Below are positions 12,961 to 25,244 of a DNA stretch of 64,000 nucleotides, in pieces (position 1 is the stretch's first letter; each line of letters opens with the position of its first letter). Source of the DNA: Daphnia carinata. Its lineage: Eukaryota. A program made the translations under genes and the position numbers. The stretch lies in the NCBI RefSeq assembly GCF_022539665.2, contig NC_081333.1, positions 2,728,001 to 2,792,000 on the forward strand, read 5' to 3'. Below the pieces are notes generated by a model, which saw only the letters and a program-made list of their open reading frames with translations, was not told where the DNA came from and searched no databases.

Positions 12961-15408
12961 ACGGATGGAACTTCCAATATTTTTTCTAAATGTTTTTCTT
13001 CGTATTTTTCTTTTATTGCGTTACGCCCCAGTGTCACATGCCCCCGGTGTCGTTTTTTTTTTTTTATAAATATTTTTCTTTTAAACTGGAAATTGGAAAA
13101 AAAAAAAATCTTATTTGGGATCGGAAAATTTATTCATCCCATTCTTCATTTGTTTTGTTTTTGTATTGCGATAACAGGAATGTTTTTTGGTACCCTTGAA
13201 CAACGATAAAAAAAAAATAACTTCAGATAAAAGAAAAAGGTGAAGAAATACGTTTAAGTTTTTAAAGAAATAATAAGTTATTTGACGACAGCTGTTGAGC
13301 GTTGCAGCAAAGATAGTCCCCTGTGTGCTTTATAGTTCCATCCGCGAACACAAGAAAAATAAAAGAATAAAAACGAAAGAAAAAAACTGGTTGTTATAAA
13401 AAAAAAAAAAAAAAAAATTTATTGAAATTAAAATGATCGTTTCCCTATTTGATCCGTTGCGGATTACGGGGGGGGGGCAACCCCCCGCCTTGTTTGGACC
13501 ATCCGATCATAATCGGAAGGCCTTTAATTAAGAATAATAGATTTTTCAAATGAAAAAAAAAAAAATAATGTTTAATAACGCCGATTGTAAATAATGAAGC
13601 AGTCAGTCCATCATTTTCAAACGAGGCATTGCTACCTCTTCCGTGAATTGCCGTCATTATTTATAACAGCAACAAGACATTTAATAGTGTAATAACGACG
13701 GCCAGCCTCTCTCTCTCTCTTTTTTTTTTTCTCCATTCGATGATGTTGTTATTAGCCCATTTTGTACGGACACGCTTATAAGTAAAAAAAAAAAAAAAAA
13801 ACGTGAATGATTCATAATCGTTTCGAATTTCGCGCTTCATTTGTTTGTTTTTTTTGTCTGTATATACACTCTCATTTGTTTTATTTTCTCGTTACGTCTA
13901 GACTGCAGGTGCCGCTCTAGGCGTTTCATGTCTTCCTTTTTGTCCTTGCCGTTATTTGACGGGCTCATAACAAAAAGAGACGTCAGAAAACAATAACGTG
14001 TGAACAAAAAAGAAAAAAAAAATTTGTCCATTCATTCGTTTTTGTTAGTCGGAAAATAAAGTGGTACCTTAATGGAATATTGGTATAAGATGAGTGCCTC
14101 AAGTTTCCCATATACCGCCCCTTGCTGTTGACCAATCGTTTCTTCTTTCTTTCCCCCCCCCCACATTTTTCTTTGTTGTTTTTTTTTTTTCTTCTCGTGA
14201 TGTGTCAACACATTTCGCACCGGCATATGGCGATGATGTGGCAGGATCGAACGTAAGTCCTTCTTTTATCCATTTTCTCTAATTAAAATCAGATAAGATC
14301 TAAAATAAACGTTGCATGAACTAGGGGGAAATCTTGATTTTAATTTCCGGAATAATAATAATAAAAAAAAAAAAAGATTTCTCCTAGTTGCTTTTTCTTT
14401 TAAAGAATAAGACAAACCGACAATAATTAAAGAGTCCGAAGGGAAAGGGCAAGAAAAAAAAAAAAAAAGAAAGTTGAGATCTTTTTTTTTTTTTATGTAT
14501 GTTTCTTATTTTAATTTTTAGACCTTTTTTTTATGTCGGCTGATGTGTTTTGTTCAGAAAAAAAAAAAAAAACATTTCGGGTTCTCTTTGTGTTTGACAT
14601 AACATCGTACTAATTCCTTCCGGATGGACATGTTTTTTCTACGTGCGGAATTAACGAGTTGGGTATACCACTGAAGAAATGATTGGTCGTGATCTTTATG
14701 GCGGCGGGAGTCCCAGCGTGTAGCGCGATCAGAGCTAATGATCATTAATCACTTAGCTTTTGTTGTGTGGTCTCGTCGGGTATTGAAACGTCGGATTACA
14801 ACGTGACTGGGCACGAAAAAGAATATAGTGGGGGATTCGGTTTTTTAAAATACATAACAGAATTGAATTTTTTAAAGACGAATAAAAAAAAAAGGGGGGG
14901 AAATTTGTCGTGACAAATTGATTGGACACACACGTAGCGCTGTGAACTGAATTTGTGTACAACTTCTCCCTGTGAGGAAGCGATTAAATGTAATACTGAA
15001 AGGAAAAAATGATTACATAATCACGAATTTTATTCACGCGCTTTTTAAAATGCCCTTCAATAGCCCAACATCCTAAGCAGAGAACTGCCTCATTATGAAC
15101 GTGTAACAGCCCCTTGCGCGATTAACGGTCGTACCATTCGTTTTTATCCTGATTCATTGGACGTTGCCACTGTCAATGGACTATGGATTACGTAACTTCC
15201 CATTCGATCGGCTGAGATTTCAGCTAAATGGCCAGATGCCATTCGTTCCTGTCGGGACTCGTTATGGCGTGATAAACGCAGACGAGCAGATGTCGAGTCT
15301 AAAAATAATTTCAGTCCGTGTTGTGTTATGTGTTTCACGATGTATTCAAACGTTCAGATTGATTTGTGTGTGTGTGTGTGTGTGTTGTATGCAAATGATG
15401 TTGGCGAT

Positions 15409-16523
15409 TCAGGGGGAAACGGTGCTCTTCTTCCATTTCATACGGCGATTTTGAAACCATGTTTTCACCTGGAGATGTGGATACAGGTGCAAATATCATT
15501 AGCTGCGGCAGATTTCATCATGGCTACCCTCTTTCCATGCGAGTTCTTTAGACAACGGATCACAAGGTTTTTGTAATCACCACCGCAGAGCCCGGGCCGG
15601 ACCGACATGCATATATAAACACATTGTGTTTAATAGCGGGAGGGCAATTTGTATCAAAATGAAAATATAGTCAGTGGCAAGTTTTCAGGCGATGGAAATG
15701 AAATGCTTTCATAATCAAAACGAATCGTCTGAATTTCTACTTCAATCTCCAAAAAGAAAAAAGAAAAAAAAAAATTTCTTTTTCTTTTTCAGCGTGCGTT
15801 CGCTATCGTATTATTACATTATTTATGGGGAACTAGATCACCAACAGCATGCGGCTCTTTTCTTTTCTTTTTTTTTTCTTCTGTATTCTATTGCGCACCT
15901 GCAAGACGGTCAAGTTGAGGTGGCGTGCCAAGTCGATCCGTTCTCCCGCCGTCAAGTAGTGCTGTGTCTGAAACCGTTTCTCCAGTTGATTAATCTGACC
16001 CACTGGATAATAGTATTATAATAAGTTTTCACGTCATTTCTTCGAAAACTTCTTGGCAAATAAGAAAATAGCAAAAAAATTATAATAACAAGGCAACAAT
16101 GTTTTTGTTGTTTTTTTTTTTTTTTGGTTTTGTTTTGTTTTTCATTTGACGCGCATAAATTATTTATGCCGACCTGTGAAGACGGTCCGAATGCGTCTCT
16201 TTGGTGGCCACGAGCCGCAAAATTTGGCATCGGCGCGGATGTAAATAGGTAACGGTACTATATTTTCATTAAAAAACGAGAATGGTTTGTTGAATTCAAT
16301 AATTAAAAAAAAAAAAAAGTAGAATTTCATTGTCAATACCTTCTGAATTATGGGCTCGATCTTTGCGGTTTTTACGATCTGCATCTCTTTGATGATTCTC
16401 CACGTCGATGATGATCACTTCTTTATTTTGCTTGTTTTCCGGCTGCACTGATTTATGATCAACAGAAAATTCGTCTTTGTTATAATCGAGCAGGTCTTCG
16501 ATGTTAAAAGATCGGACCGGCAT
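15409..16523 (-). CDS. NK-class (Barx/Bsh-like) homeodomain transcription factor; exons 16523-16340, 16257-16174, 16002-15899, 15468-15409
   Basis: The spliced product starts MPVRSFNIEDLL (eh1-like FxIxxLL) and contains the homeodomain PKRRIRTVFTVGQINQLEKRFQTQHYLTAGERIDLARHLNLTVLQ|VKTWFQNRRMKWKK followed by STVSP*. All junctions are GT-AG and phase-compatible, with an intron at the classic Q|V position. The ORF track misses it because it is split. Confidence 0.9.
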
Positions 16524-18526
16524 CGTCGACGGTAGACGAGTCACTCCGATCCTGATCCATAATTTCTCAACTTCCTCGTGTCGTGGTACAAGACGAGGCA
16601 TCACCTGTTCCGACATTTCACGTGCCGGACGTCACGAAGCATCCTCATCCGCGTCACTCATATTGCAGACGCACGGTCGTGTTGCATCGTCCGGATCGTG
16701 TTAAAGCGTCAGCTCCGAATCTGTCCCACTTATATGCAAATGTGCTGGAATGAAACAGTCACAAAAAATGCAATCATTTTAACTGCATCGCTAACTAAAA
16801 ATTTCGGTCTTTATAAACGTTGACGAGCTTGAGCCAAGTGTCTCTAACCTGTTCGAAAATGCACTCTTTCTTGAAGTACAGCTCCTGTTATGACCAACCA
16901 ACGAGATATCAATCTGCAATAGTTAATTGATTGTCCATTAAAATGCGTAAATGTGCATACCTCTCCTACATTACCGGTTTCTTTGACGCGATCATTCGTG
17001 TAGGCGTCACATTTTTTGTTTTTAAATATATCGGACAGGTTGATGGAAAATAATCCAGTTCCCGAGTACAATTCTGTTTAACTCGCCATAAAAGTGTTAG
17101 TTTACGCTAGACAAGGGTAGACAGGGTACAAACAACACGGCCATTACTAGAAACCGATTGATTGTTTCTTTTCTTTTTTTTTTTTTTAATGTTTATTTTT
17201 TATTTGTTTTTAAACATTTGATTTTCGCTATGTTCTTGTTTCAACGGTCTCTAATTAAGAAGCAAGGTGATCGACGATTGCCACACAAACCGCGGGGACA
17301 ATTGCACTCAGACTCGGAGAGTTTGCCAGAACAAGATTATTACGAGTTCTTTCGCGTTCCAGTCTTGAAAGAACCGGTCGAAGTATTGGTGCCAAAAATT
17401 CCTTAAAGGTAACAGACCTTTGCACGCAAGGTCGTCTACGCGCTGAAACCCTGAAATGTACCCCTCCAGTTCAGCTTTTGGGTACTACCCAAATATGCCT
17501 GATGGTCACTGCGGGTCCCGCAACTTGTACTGGTTTCATCACCGTCTCAAAGCTGTTTTCGAACGATGTTGATTTTATTCATTTCTGAATTGAATCTCGT
17601 CTATCCTGGTGGTCGAAACGAGGGGGGACTTTGTCTTCGTCATTAGCATGTTGCTCACAGTCCGGAAAAAAAAAGTAGGTAAGAATGACGTACGAACTTG
17701 AAAACGAGTTAGATTAATCGATCGCTTTATTTATTCACTCTGATTGCGAATTTAGAAAGGTGAAAATCTTAATTTAAAACTTGCATCTTTAGAACTGCGA
17801 CAGAACTTTGGATTGGACATTTGCAGATGAATTTAAACCATGTAGTCCATGTCATTGTTTGTTTAGCAAAATGGTCACGTAAATAGGTTGATGCAACAAG
17901 CGATGAATATCATTCTAGAACTAAAATAAGTCATCTGCTGTCCATTATCGCCTTTTTAAATAACCGTTTTCAAAAGATTTGATCTTCTTTTATCGAATTA
18001 TTTATCTTTCATTCCGACAGCAATGTTTAGACGCTGTCAATCTCTTTATGGGTTTTACCTTTGCTCCTGCGATCTAACATTCCTTAAGGTTAGGTAACCC
18101 TTACCATGTGATTTAACATCACATGTCCTCCGGGTTAAAGACATTTTCACTTAGAAAAAAATGCAGACGTTTTAGATGAAAGAAACATCAATTAGAAAGC
18201 ACTTGAAAGTTAGGGACGTTTCACCGTCACGTGTTTACCTAAATAGAGGGTAGGGTAAGAAAAGACAAAACGCCCCCTTTTCTTTCGTAATTCCAAGATC
18301 ACGAATTTTCGCAGTCTTACTAAAGCTTTTAGGCTGTACGAGTTGGCATAATGGTTGCCAATCAAGTTAAATATTATTTGATCATAACTGTCAATCTGAA
18401 GTGAAATTGTTTACCATCTCTCTGGACGAGACTGTGCCCTAGTCAATCAATCACATTTGAGTATTTGTTATCTATCGGTCTGGCTAAACATGCAGCAAAC
18501 AATTCATTATCAACGAATGGGGTAAG

Positions 18527-18533
18527 TTATAAA
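18527..18533 (+). promoter_or_regulatory. TATA box of carboxypeptidase gene 1
   Basis: TATAAAAGGCACGTGCAATTCG ~80 bp upstream of the ATG; the paralogous TATAAAAGAACGTGCGATTCG precedes gene 2. Confidence 0.7.
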
Positions 18534-18605
18534 AGGCACGTGCAATTCGTTTCGCTCTTCGATCGAGTCGTTTCAATTTTACAGTAGGATCACTCCGCTT
18601 AGAAT

Positions 18606-20998
18606 ATGAAGATTATACTGATCGCTTTCGCCCTTGTGGCCACCCTGGCCAATGCTTCCAAAGTCGACTACACTGGGTAAGATGCATTCAACATTTGATT
18701 TTGCTGTCGCGTCCAGTTGAAGTGAATTTCTTTTTATTCCCGAAGACACAAGGTGATCCGTGTCGTCCCGCAGACTGAAGAACAACTGCGCTTTTTGTTG
18801 GAGTTACAAGAACAGACTTACGATTTCTGGAGCTCTCCGTCCAGTCTGGGAAAACCGGTTGATATCCGCGTCAGCCCTCAAAGGTATATCATAAACTTGA
18901 AATGTCTTTGGGCTAAAACCATAAAATTTGTTGTTTTCTCTTTTTTTTTTTTTTTTTTTTCCTCTATACTTTCAGATACCAATACCTGATAAGCACTTTG
19001 AACAAAGTTGCCCTCAATCACACTGTAGTGTCATATTTTTTTTTATTTTTTTTTATTTTTTTTAATGAATTCAGTTTCAGTTGATCATTCTGGAACGCAT
19101 TTTTCTTTTGGGCACAGATTCGATTCTTTGATATTGGCAAACTGATTGAAGAAGAGGAACGCAATATTGTTCTTCGTCGTGCTCTGCATTCTGGCCGGGC
19201 ATTCGACTTTGAAAATTATCATCAATATTCAGAGGTTAGTATTTACTTGAAAATGATGAAGTGCAAATTTTAATGTAATTCCAATTTTAAGATCGAGGCT
19301 TTCGTAAATGAACTGGCAGCAACTAACCCTTTGGTTTCGTCTTCGATTATCGGCACTACTTACGAAGGTACAACGTCCAATTGAGTTGGGAAAACAAACA
19401 CGATTTGTTTTGAAATAAATGTTCATTTAAAATAAGGTCGTGGTATCGTCATGGCTACACTCAGCACTGGTAGCAGCGCTACCAAGCCCGTCATGTATTT
19501 TGAATGCGCCATGCACGCTCGCGGTATGAATGATAGATTAATGCAAACTTCAGTTTCAAGTTTACTTTAACCAGTTAAAACAAAAATAATATTTATAAAT
19601 AAAATAAAATACAGAATGGGTTACACCCGCCACTTGCCTCTGGATGATGAATGAGGTCATTAGCACACAAACGTTTATTCATTATTTGTTTCAAGGACCT
19701 AGACTTTTTAAAAATAAAATTTCAGATCGCCACTAAATACGGTACCGATGCCGAAATCACTGCTCTGCTGGACTACGCTGATTGGCTCATCACCCCCGTC
19801 TCAAATCCAGATGGTTATGAATACACCTGGACCACTGTAAAACGGTTCCTTTCATTCGTTTCTAATTTTATTTTTAAATCATTTGGAACGCTTCACAGGA
19901 TCGCTTGTGGCGCAAAAACCGCACACCGGTAAAATGAATTTTGTTTCGTAATTTTGTTCATCAATTTCTTATATTTCCTTTAATTACTAAACTAAGAATG
20001 AGGGACTTTGTTACGGAACGGACCCTAACCGCAATTTCGACGCTGGATTCGGAGGACCCGGAGCGTCGGGCAACGCCTGCTCGGACACGTGAGTTTTCAA
20101 TTACATTTCGTTTCCACCCACTCGATTTATGTTGATTTAACGAGATAATCGTATTCCATAATTCATAGATACCACGGCCCGTCCGCCTTCTCGACTGAAG
20201 AGGCCTCCGCCTTCCGCGGTATACACCTCCACATAAAATATTCCGCATTTAAATGAGTAACGATTTTAAACAAACAAAAAAAAAAAATTTGAATTGCTCT
20301 TGTGTCCCAAAAACAGATGTTTTGGCCGCTAATAGCGGACGTACCGTTGCCGCCATTACAATCCATTCGTTCAGCCAATTGTGGATGTCTCCCTATGGCT
20401 ACCAGAACGCCCTGCCTACCGATTACGCCGAAATGGTCCGTTATCCAATCGTTTTCACCCACGCTATAATCACAATAACCGATCGTTCTTTTCCCATCGT
20501 TTACAGTTCCGCGTGATGGAAATCTCCGTCAACGGTAAGCGCTCACCTTAACACATCAGCTGTTTATATATATGTTAATTGCTATCGTCTTTGCTATCCT
20601 CTTTGCAAATAGCTCTGACGGCTACCTACGGTACCCAGTTCAAATACGGAAATATTGCCGATACAATCTGTAAGTTTGTTCTTTACTAGTATTAATAATG
20701 TACAATTTACTCTACTCAAGTTATTTGTTTAATGTGTTTGTCGAAGATCTCGCATCCGGCAGCTCTACGGATTACGCCTACATGGCTGAAGGTGTTTTGT
20801 ACGCGTACGCTCTTGAGCTCCGCGACACTGGTGTTTATGGTAATTATATATTATGGTCCTTCATAATTGAAATTTGGGTAATCGAATTTTACTTGAATAG
20901 GTTTTGAGTTGCCTCCCGATCAGATTTTGGTCACAGCCATTGAGACTTTTAACGGACTCAAAGCGATGGCTAAGGAAATTGCCGCTAAATTGCAATAG
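18606..20998 (+). CDS. Zinc metallocarboxypeptidase (M14A, A/B type) precursor, copy 1; 16 short exons
   Basis: Signal peptide MKIILIAFALVATLANA; propeptide ([15 protein letters not shown]); zinc motif [47 protein letters not shown]; catalytic YALELRD; stop TAG at 20996-20998. Confidence 0.92.
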
Positions 20999-22000
20999 GT
21001 GTGTCGTAACAACGACAGTTGGCTTTTAATTATGCAAGCAATACACGTGTTTTAGACTTCGACAGTTTGGTAAGATCTAAATGTTTATTACGTCAATCAT
21101 TAAAATGCTATTTGCTTTAAAAACAATTAGGAAGGCTGATTCAATTGATATCCGTATTCTAAGTAAATGGTTTAAAACTTATTCCTGACATTATTTGTCT
21201 GTAAATTCTTGGGTTTCTTTTTTATTTACAAGAGACACAGGTTTATTTATCTTGAGCTAATTTTCCTAATTTCCTGCTTACACTGCTCCGTTTTTCTCGT
21301 AGAAATTTCCAGGAAAAGTCATGCTAAAGTTATTATTTAAATACCGAGAATTTCGATTAGGCCATTTCACACAGACGTTTTATGCAACGGTAAACCGATA
21401 AATTCACGGAAAAAAAAAAGAAAATTCCGCCAGATAAATTGTCACGAAAAAATTCTATGTCAACTTGTCTTGATGTGGTTTTCCGATGTGGACCTACGAG
21501 TCACGTATCAGACCATCCGAGACTGACAAAATGTCCTTTAAACACCGTTGCCTAGACTAATCGAAAGGTGGCTAGACAAGCCTACGAGCAACTGGAATAG
21601 TTCATAATTGGGTGCGCTGATTTTAACGCACGGCAAGACAAAAAGGCAAATGAATTCAGAGAAAACGTTAATTTCCAGGACACGAAATAAACTTCTTAGC
21701 CGCAACAAAAAAGCAGGTTAGTCTCCTTTGTACAAACAAGTACGTAACAAGCTTATACGCTATGGCTGATAAAATTGAACGCTATAGCGATTACGGCTGT
21801 TAAGTACCAAATGAACGATGAGACGGAACTAAAATATTTGTCTCAATTGTTTATCGAACAAAAAAAAAAACATGTTGAATGCTTATCTTGTGGTTTTACC
21901 TTCGTTCAAGTCAGTCATGTCAATATTATATCAGTCTTTTGATTTTTTTTGGACTCTGCATGTCGTAATAAAATACTTTTTTTTTTAAATCGGGGCAGGG

Positions 22001-22007
22001 TATAAAA
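22001..22007 (+). promoter_or_regulatory. TATA box of carboxypeptidase gene 2
   Basis: TATAAAA ~86 bp upstream of the ATG, in a context conserved with gene 1. Confidence 0.7.
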
Positions 22008-22086
22008 GAACGTGCGATTCGCCTTAGTGTCCTAGTGTCTTTTGCACTTATCATCTCCGTACCGGAACGTTTATCGTTTTAAAATC

Positions 22087-24461
22087 ATGAAGGTATTGCT
22101 TCTCGCTGTCGCTGTTTTGGCAACTTTGGCCAATGCTGCTAAAGTTGACTACACAGGGTATTTAAAACGAGCTTATTATTCGTCTTGTTTGTTCTGCTTT
22201 GTTTTTGATCAATTTTATTAAATTTATCCTTTCTAATTTTGTCAATTAAGACACAAGGTGATCCGTGTCGTCCCGCAAACCGAAGAGCAACTTCGCTTTC
22301 TGTTGAAGTTGCAAGAACAAGCGTACGATTTCTGGAGCTCACCGACCGGTTTGGGTTCACCAGTTGATATTCGTGTCAGCCCACAACGGTAAGACGGACA
22401 TTTTTACACGACGTTATCAGTAAAATATAAATGTATAATATAAAATATGTAGCAAACAATTGAAAAATTTCCTTTATTTAATTTGTAGCTACCAATATCT
22501 CGCAAACACTTTGAACAAAGTTGGACTCACTCACAAGGTACAACGGTCAAATAAGATTACGTTATTCTAAACGATGTGTTTATATTTATTTATTATTTTT
22601 CGTTTTACAGATTCGATTTTTCGACATCGGAAAATTGATCGAAGAGGAGGAACGTAACATCATTCTTCGTCGCGCTTTGCATTCTGGCCGTGTATTTGAC
22701 TTTGAAAACTATCACACCTACACAGAGGTAAACTGGCGCTAGATCGATCGATGAAACTTTAGCATTTCGCTTACGATTGATAAATCATTTTAAGATCGAA
22801 GCCTTTGTGAATGAATTGGCTGCAACAAATACGTTGGTCTCATCCTCGGTTATTGGCACCACCTACGAAGGTATTACGTCAAACTCTATCAACAAGGAAG
22901 AAGTCACCTAAAAATTAAATTCTTTATGTATTTAAATTCGTAAAGGTCGTGGAATCATTATGGCTACGATCAGCACTGGAAGTAGCGCCACTAAGCCAGT
23001 CATGTACTTCGAATGCGCCATGCACGCCCGAGGTATATAACATAAATTAATTTGCTTGATGGCATCTAGGTCACTAACTATTTTACGAATTTTTCACATT
23101 ATAGAATGGGTTGCTCCCGCTACTTGCCTCTACGTTATGAACGAGGTTAAAAAGCAATGTTTCAATCACATTTGTTTTTAAGTTTCTTCTAGATCCTTAA
23201 TATTCAAGTTATAATTACTGATTTCAGATGGCCACCAAATACGGTTCTGATGCTGAGATTACCGCAATGTTGGACTATGCCGACTGGCTTATCACACCTG
23301 TCTCAAACCCCGATGGTTATGACTACACCTGGACCACGGTATTCGATCTTAAAAATTTATACACGACCTTGATTTCATATGACTTAAATGTACTTGAAAT
23401 AGGATCGTCTGTGGCGTAAAAACCGCGTACCGGTAAGCAAACGTAAATTGTTTTCCTCGTTAAATAAATGTAAATAATTTTTTACAAATTATTGATACCA
23501 ATAGAACGGAGGACTCTGCTACGGAACTGACCCTAACCGCAACTTCGATGCTGGATTCGGAGGACCCGGAGCGTCCAGCAATGCCTGCTCAGACACGTGA
23601 GGCGAACTCCCTGCTATCCATGAAGTTTTCGATTAATAATAATTGTATTTTCCCTTTACAGTTACCACGGGCCATTCGCTTTCTCGACCCAAGAGGCCTC
23701 TGCCATGCGCGGTTAGTATTACTCACACATTCTGCTTCTATCTGAATGCTCCTTTAACTCACGTTCTTGTGTGACAGACGTCATCCTCGCTAACAACGGA
23801 CGTGTCGTTGCTTCCGTTTCCATCCACTCTTACAGCCAGTTGTGGATGTCTCCCTACGGCTACCAGAGCACCCTGCCCGCCGATTACGCCGAAATGGTAC
23901 TCAACTCGTTTAGCATCTAAGACAACCAATTCCAATGAATTCCTTTTTTATTTTTCCGCGAACAGTACCGCGTGATGACCATCTCCGTGAACGGTAAGTT
24001 GAGATCCAGTTTTGTCTTACCTTTTTTTTTTTTTTATATTTTCAAGTAAAATCAGTTAATTGAACTTGTTTGTTTTTTTCCAATAGCACTTACCGCCACT
24101 TACGGTACTCAATTCCAGTACGGCAACATCGCTGATACCATTTGTAAGTTAGGTCGGATATTTGACGTGAAAATATTTTTAATGCTATTTCATCATTTAT
24201 GATTCTAGATCCGGCGTCCGGCGGTTCCGTTGACTGGACCTACGACGCTGCGAACGTCTTGTACTCGTACGCCCTTGAATTGCGTGACACTGGCCTCTAC
24301 GGTAATCAATAACGCGTCAGTTAAAGTATTTCTCATTACGGCTTTCTTTGTTGGTGTTTTTAGGTTTTGAGCTGCCACCTAGGTTGATTCTGCCCACCGC
24401 AACTGAGACCTTCAACGGACTGAAAGCCATGGCGCAAGAGATCGCTGCCAAATTGCCTTAG
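22087..24461 (+). CDS. Zinc metallocarboxypeptidase (M14A) precursor, copy 2; tandem paralog with the same exon layout
   Basis: [65 protein letters not shown]. Intron positions match copy 1. Confidence 0.92.
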
Positions 24462-25244
24462 ACATAACAAGATTGTAATTGACTTTGGCGTCCAATATAC
24501 ACGTTTTATCCTGAAAACATATTCTTGTAGCAATCTATTTTCTCAAGTCATGACGGCGAGTGACTGGCAGTTCATTACATTGATTGACAGCTCATTTCAG
24601 ACAAAGTCCATTCAACTTGACTTCCAGTCTACATACGTTTTGGCAGAGAAATGCAATATAGTCTCGATTTCCCACAATACCATTAACAGATCGACCAGAT
24701 TAAATTACAGTCAGGAAATTTTCCACGTTTATTAATACAGGAACAGATTTCCTATGTTGCTCTGCATACCTATCCATTGTCAAGACTGTTTTCATCAAGA
24801 ATCATGGCCGCGTGGGACTGCTCTGACAAAAGAGTGCTTTCGACGAATATACGACCGAGATTCGTAGTTGTACACCCGCTGTCATAGTTGTTGGCTAGTT
24901 TAGTCAACAAGATATACGTTGTTTGTCATGAAGCTGAGTATCCGAGGAAATAAAATCAAAATATGGAACATTATATGTCATTCTAATAAAAAAAACTGAC
25001 AGTTAGCAATAGCCTTCCATTATATTCAAAATTAGGCCATTCAACAATTATCAGTATATTTCAGCCACGATAGGGCTGAGGATAATATGTCTGTTCATAT
25101 TGTGACATGCTAAGCAATTCATTTCTACCAAGTGCCAATGGTTCTTGTTTGTTATTAATAAATAAAAAAAAACGAAGCGAAAAAGAAATCAGCTAGGTCG
25201 TAAATACGACGACATGTCAACTACGCAGATTGAAATACGGAAAC

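Noticed and set aside
45..15000. Dozens of 60-215 aa ORFs rich in F/K/G runs
   Set aside because: They are translations of homopolymer tracts with no domain signal; only the Cdk4 exons are credible.
17260..17670. High-complexity stretch between the homeobox and carboxypeptidase genes
   Set aside because: No consistent reading frame, splice structure or RNA motif could be supported.
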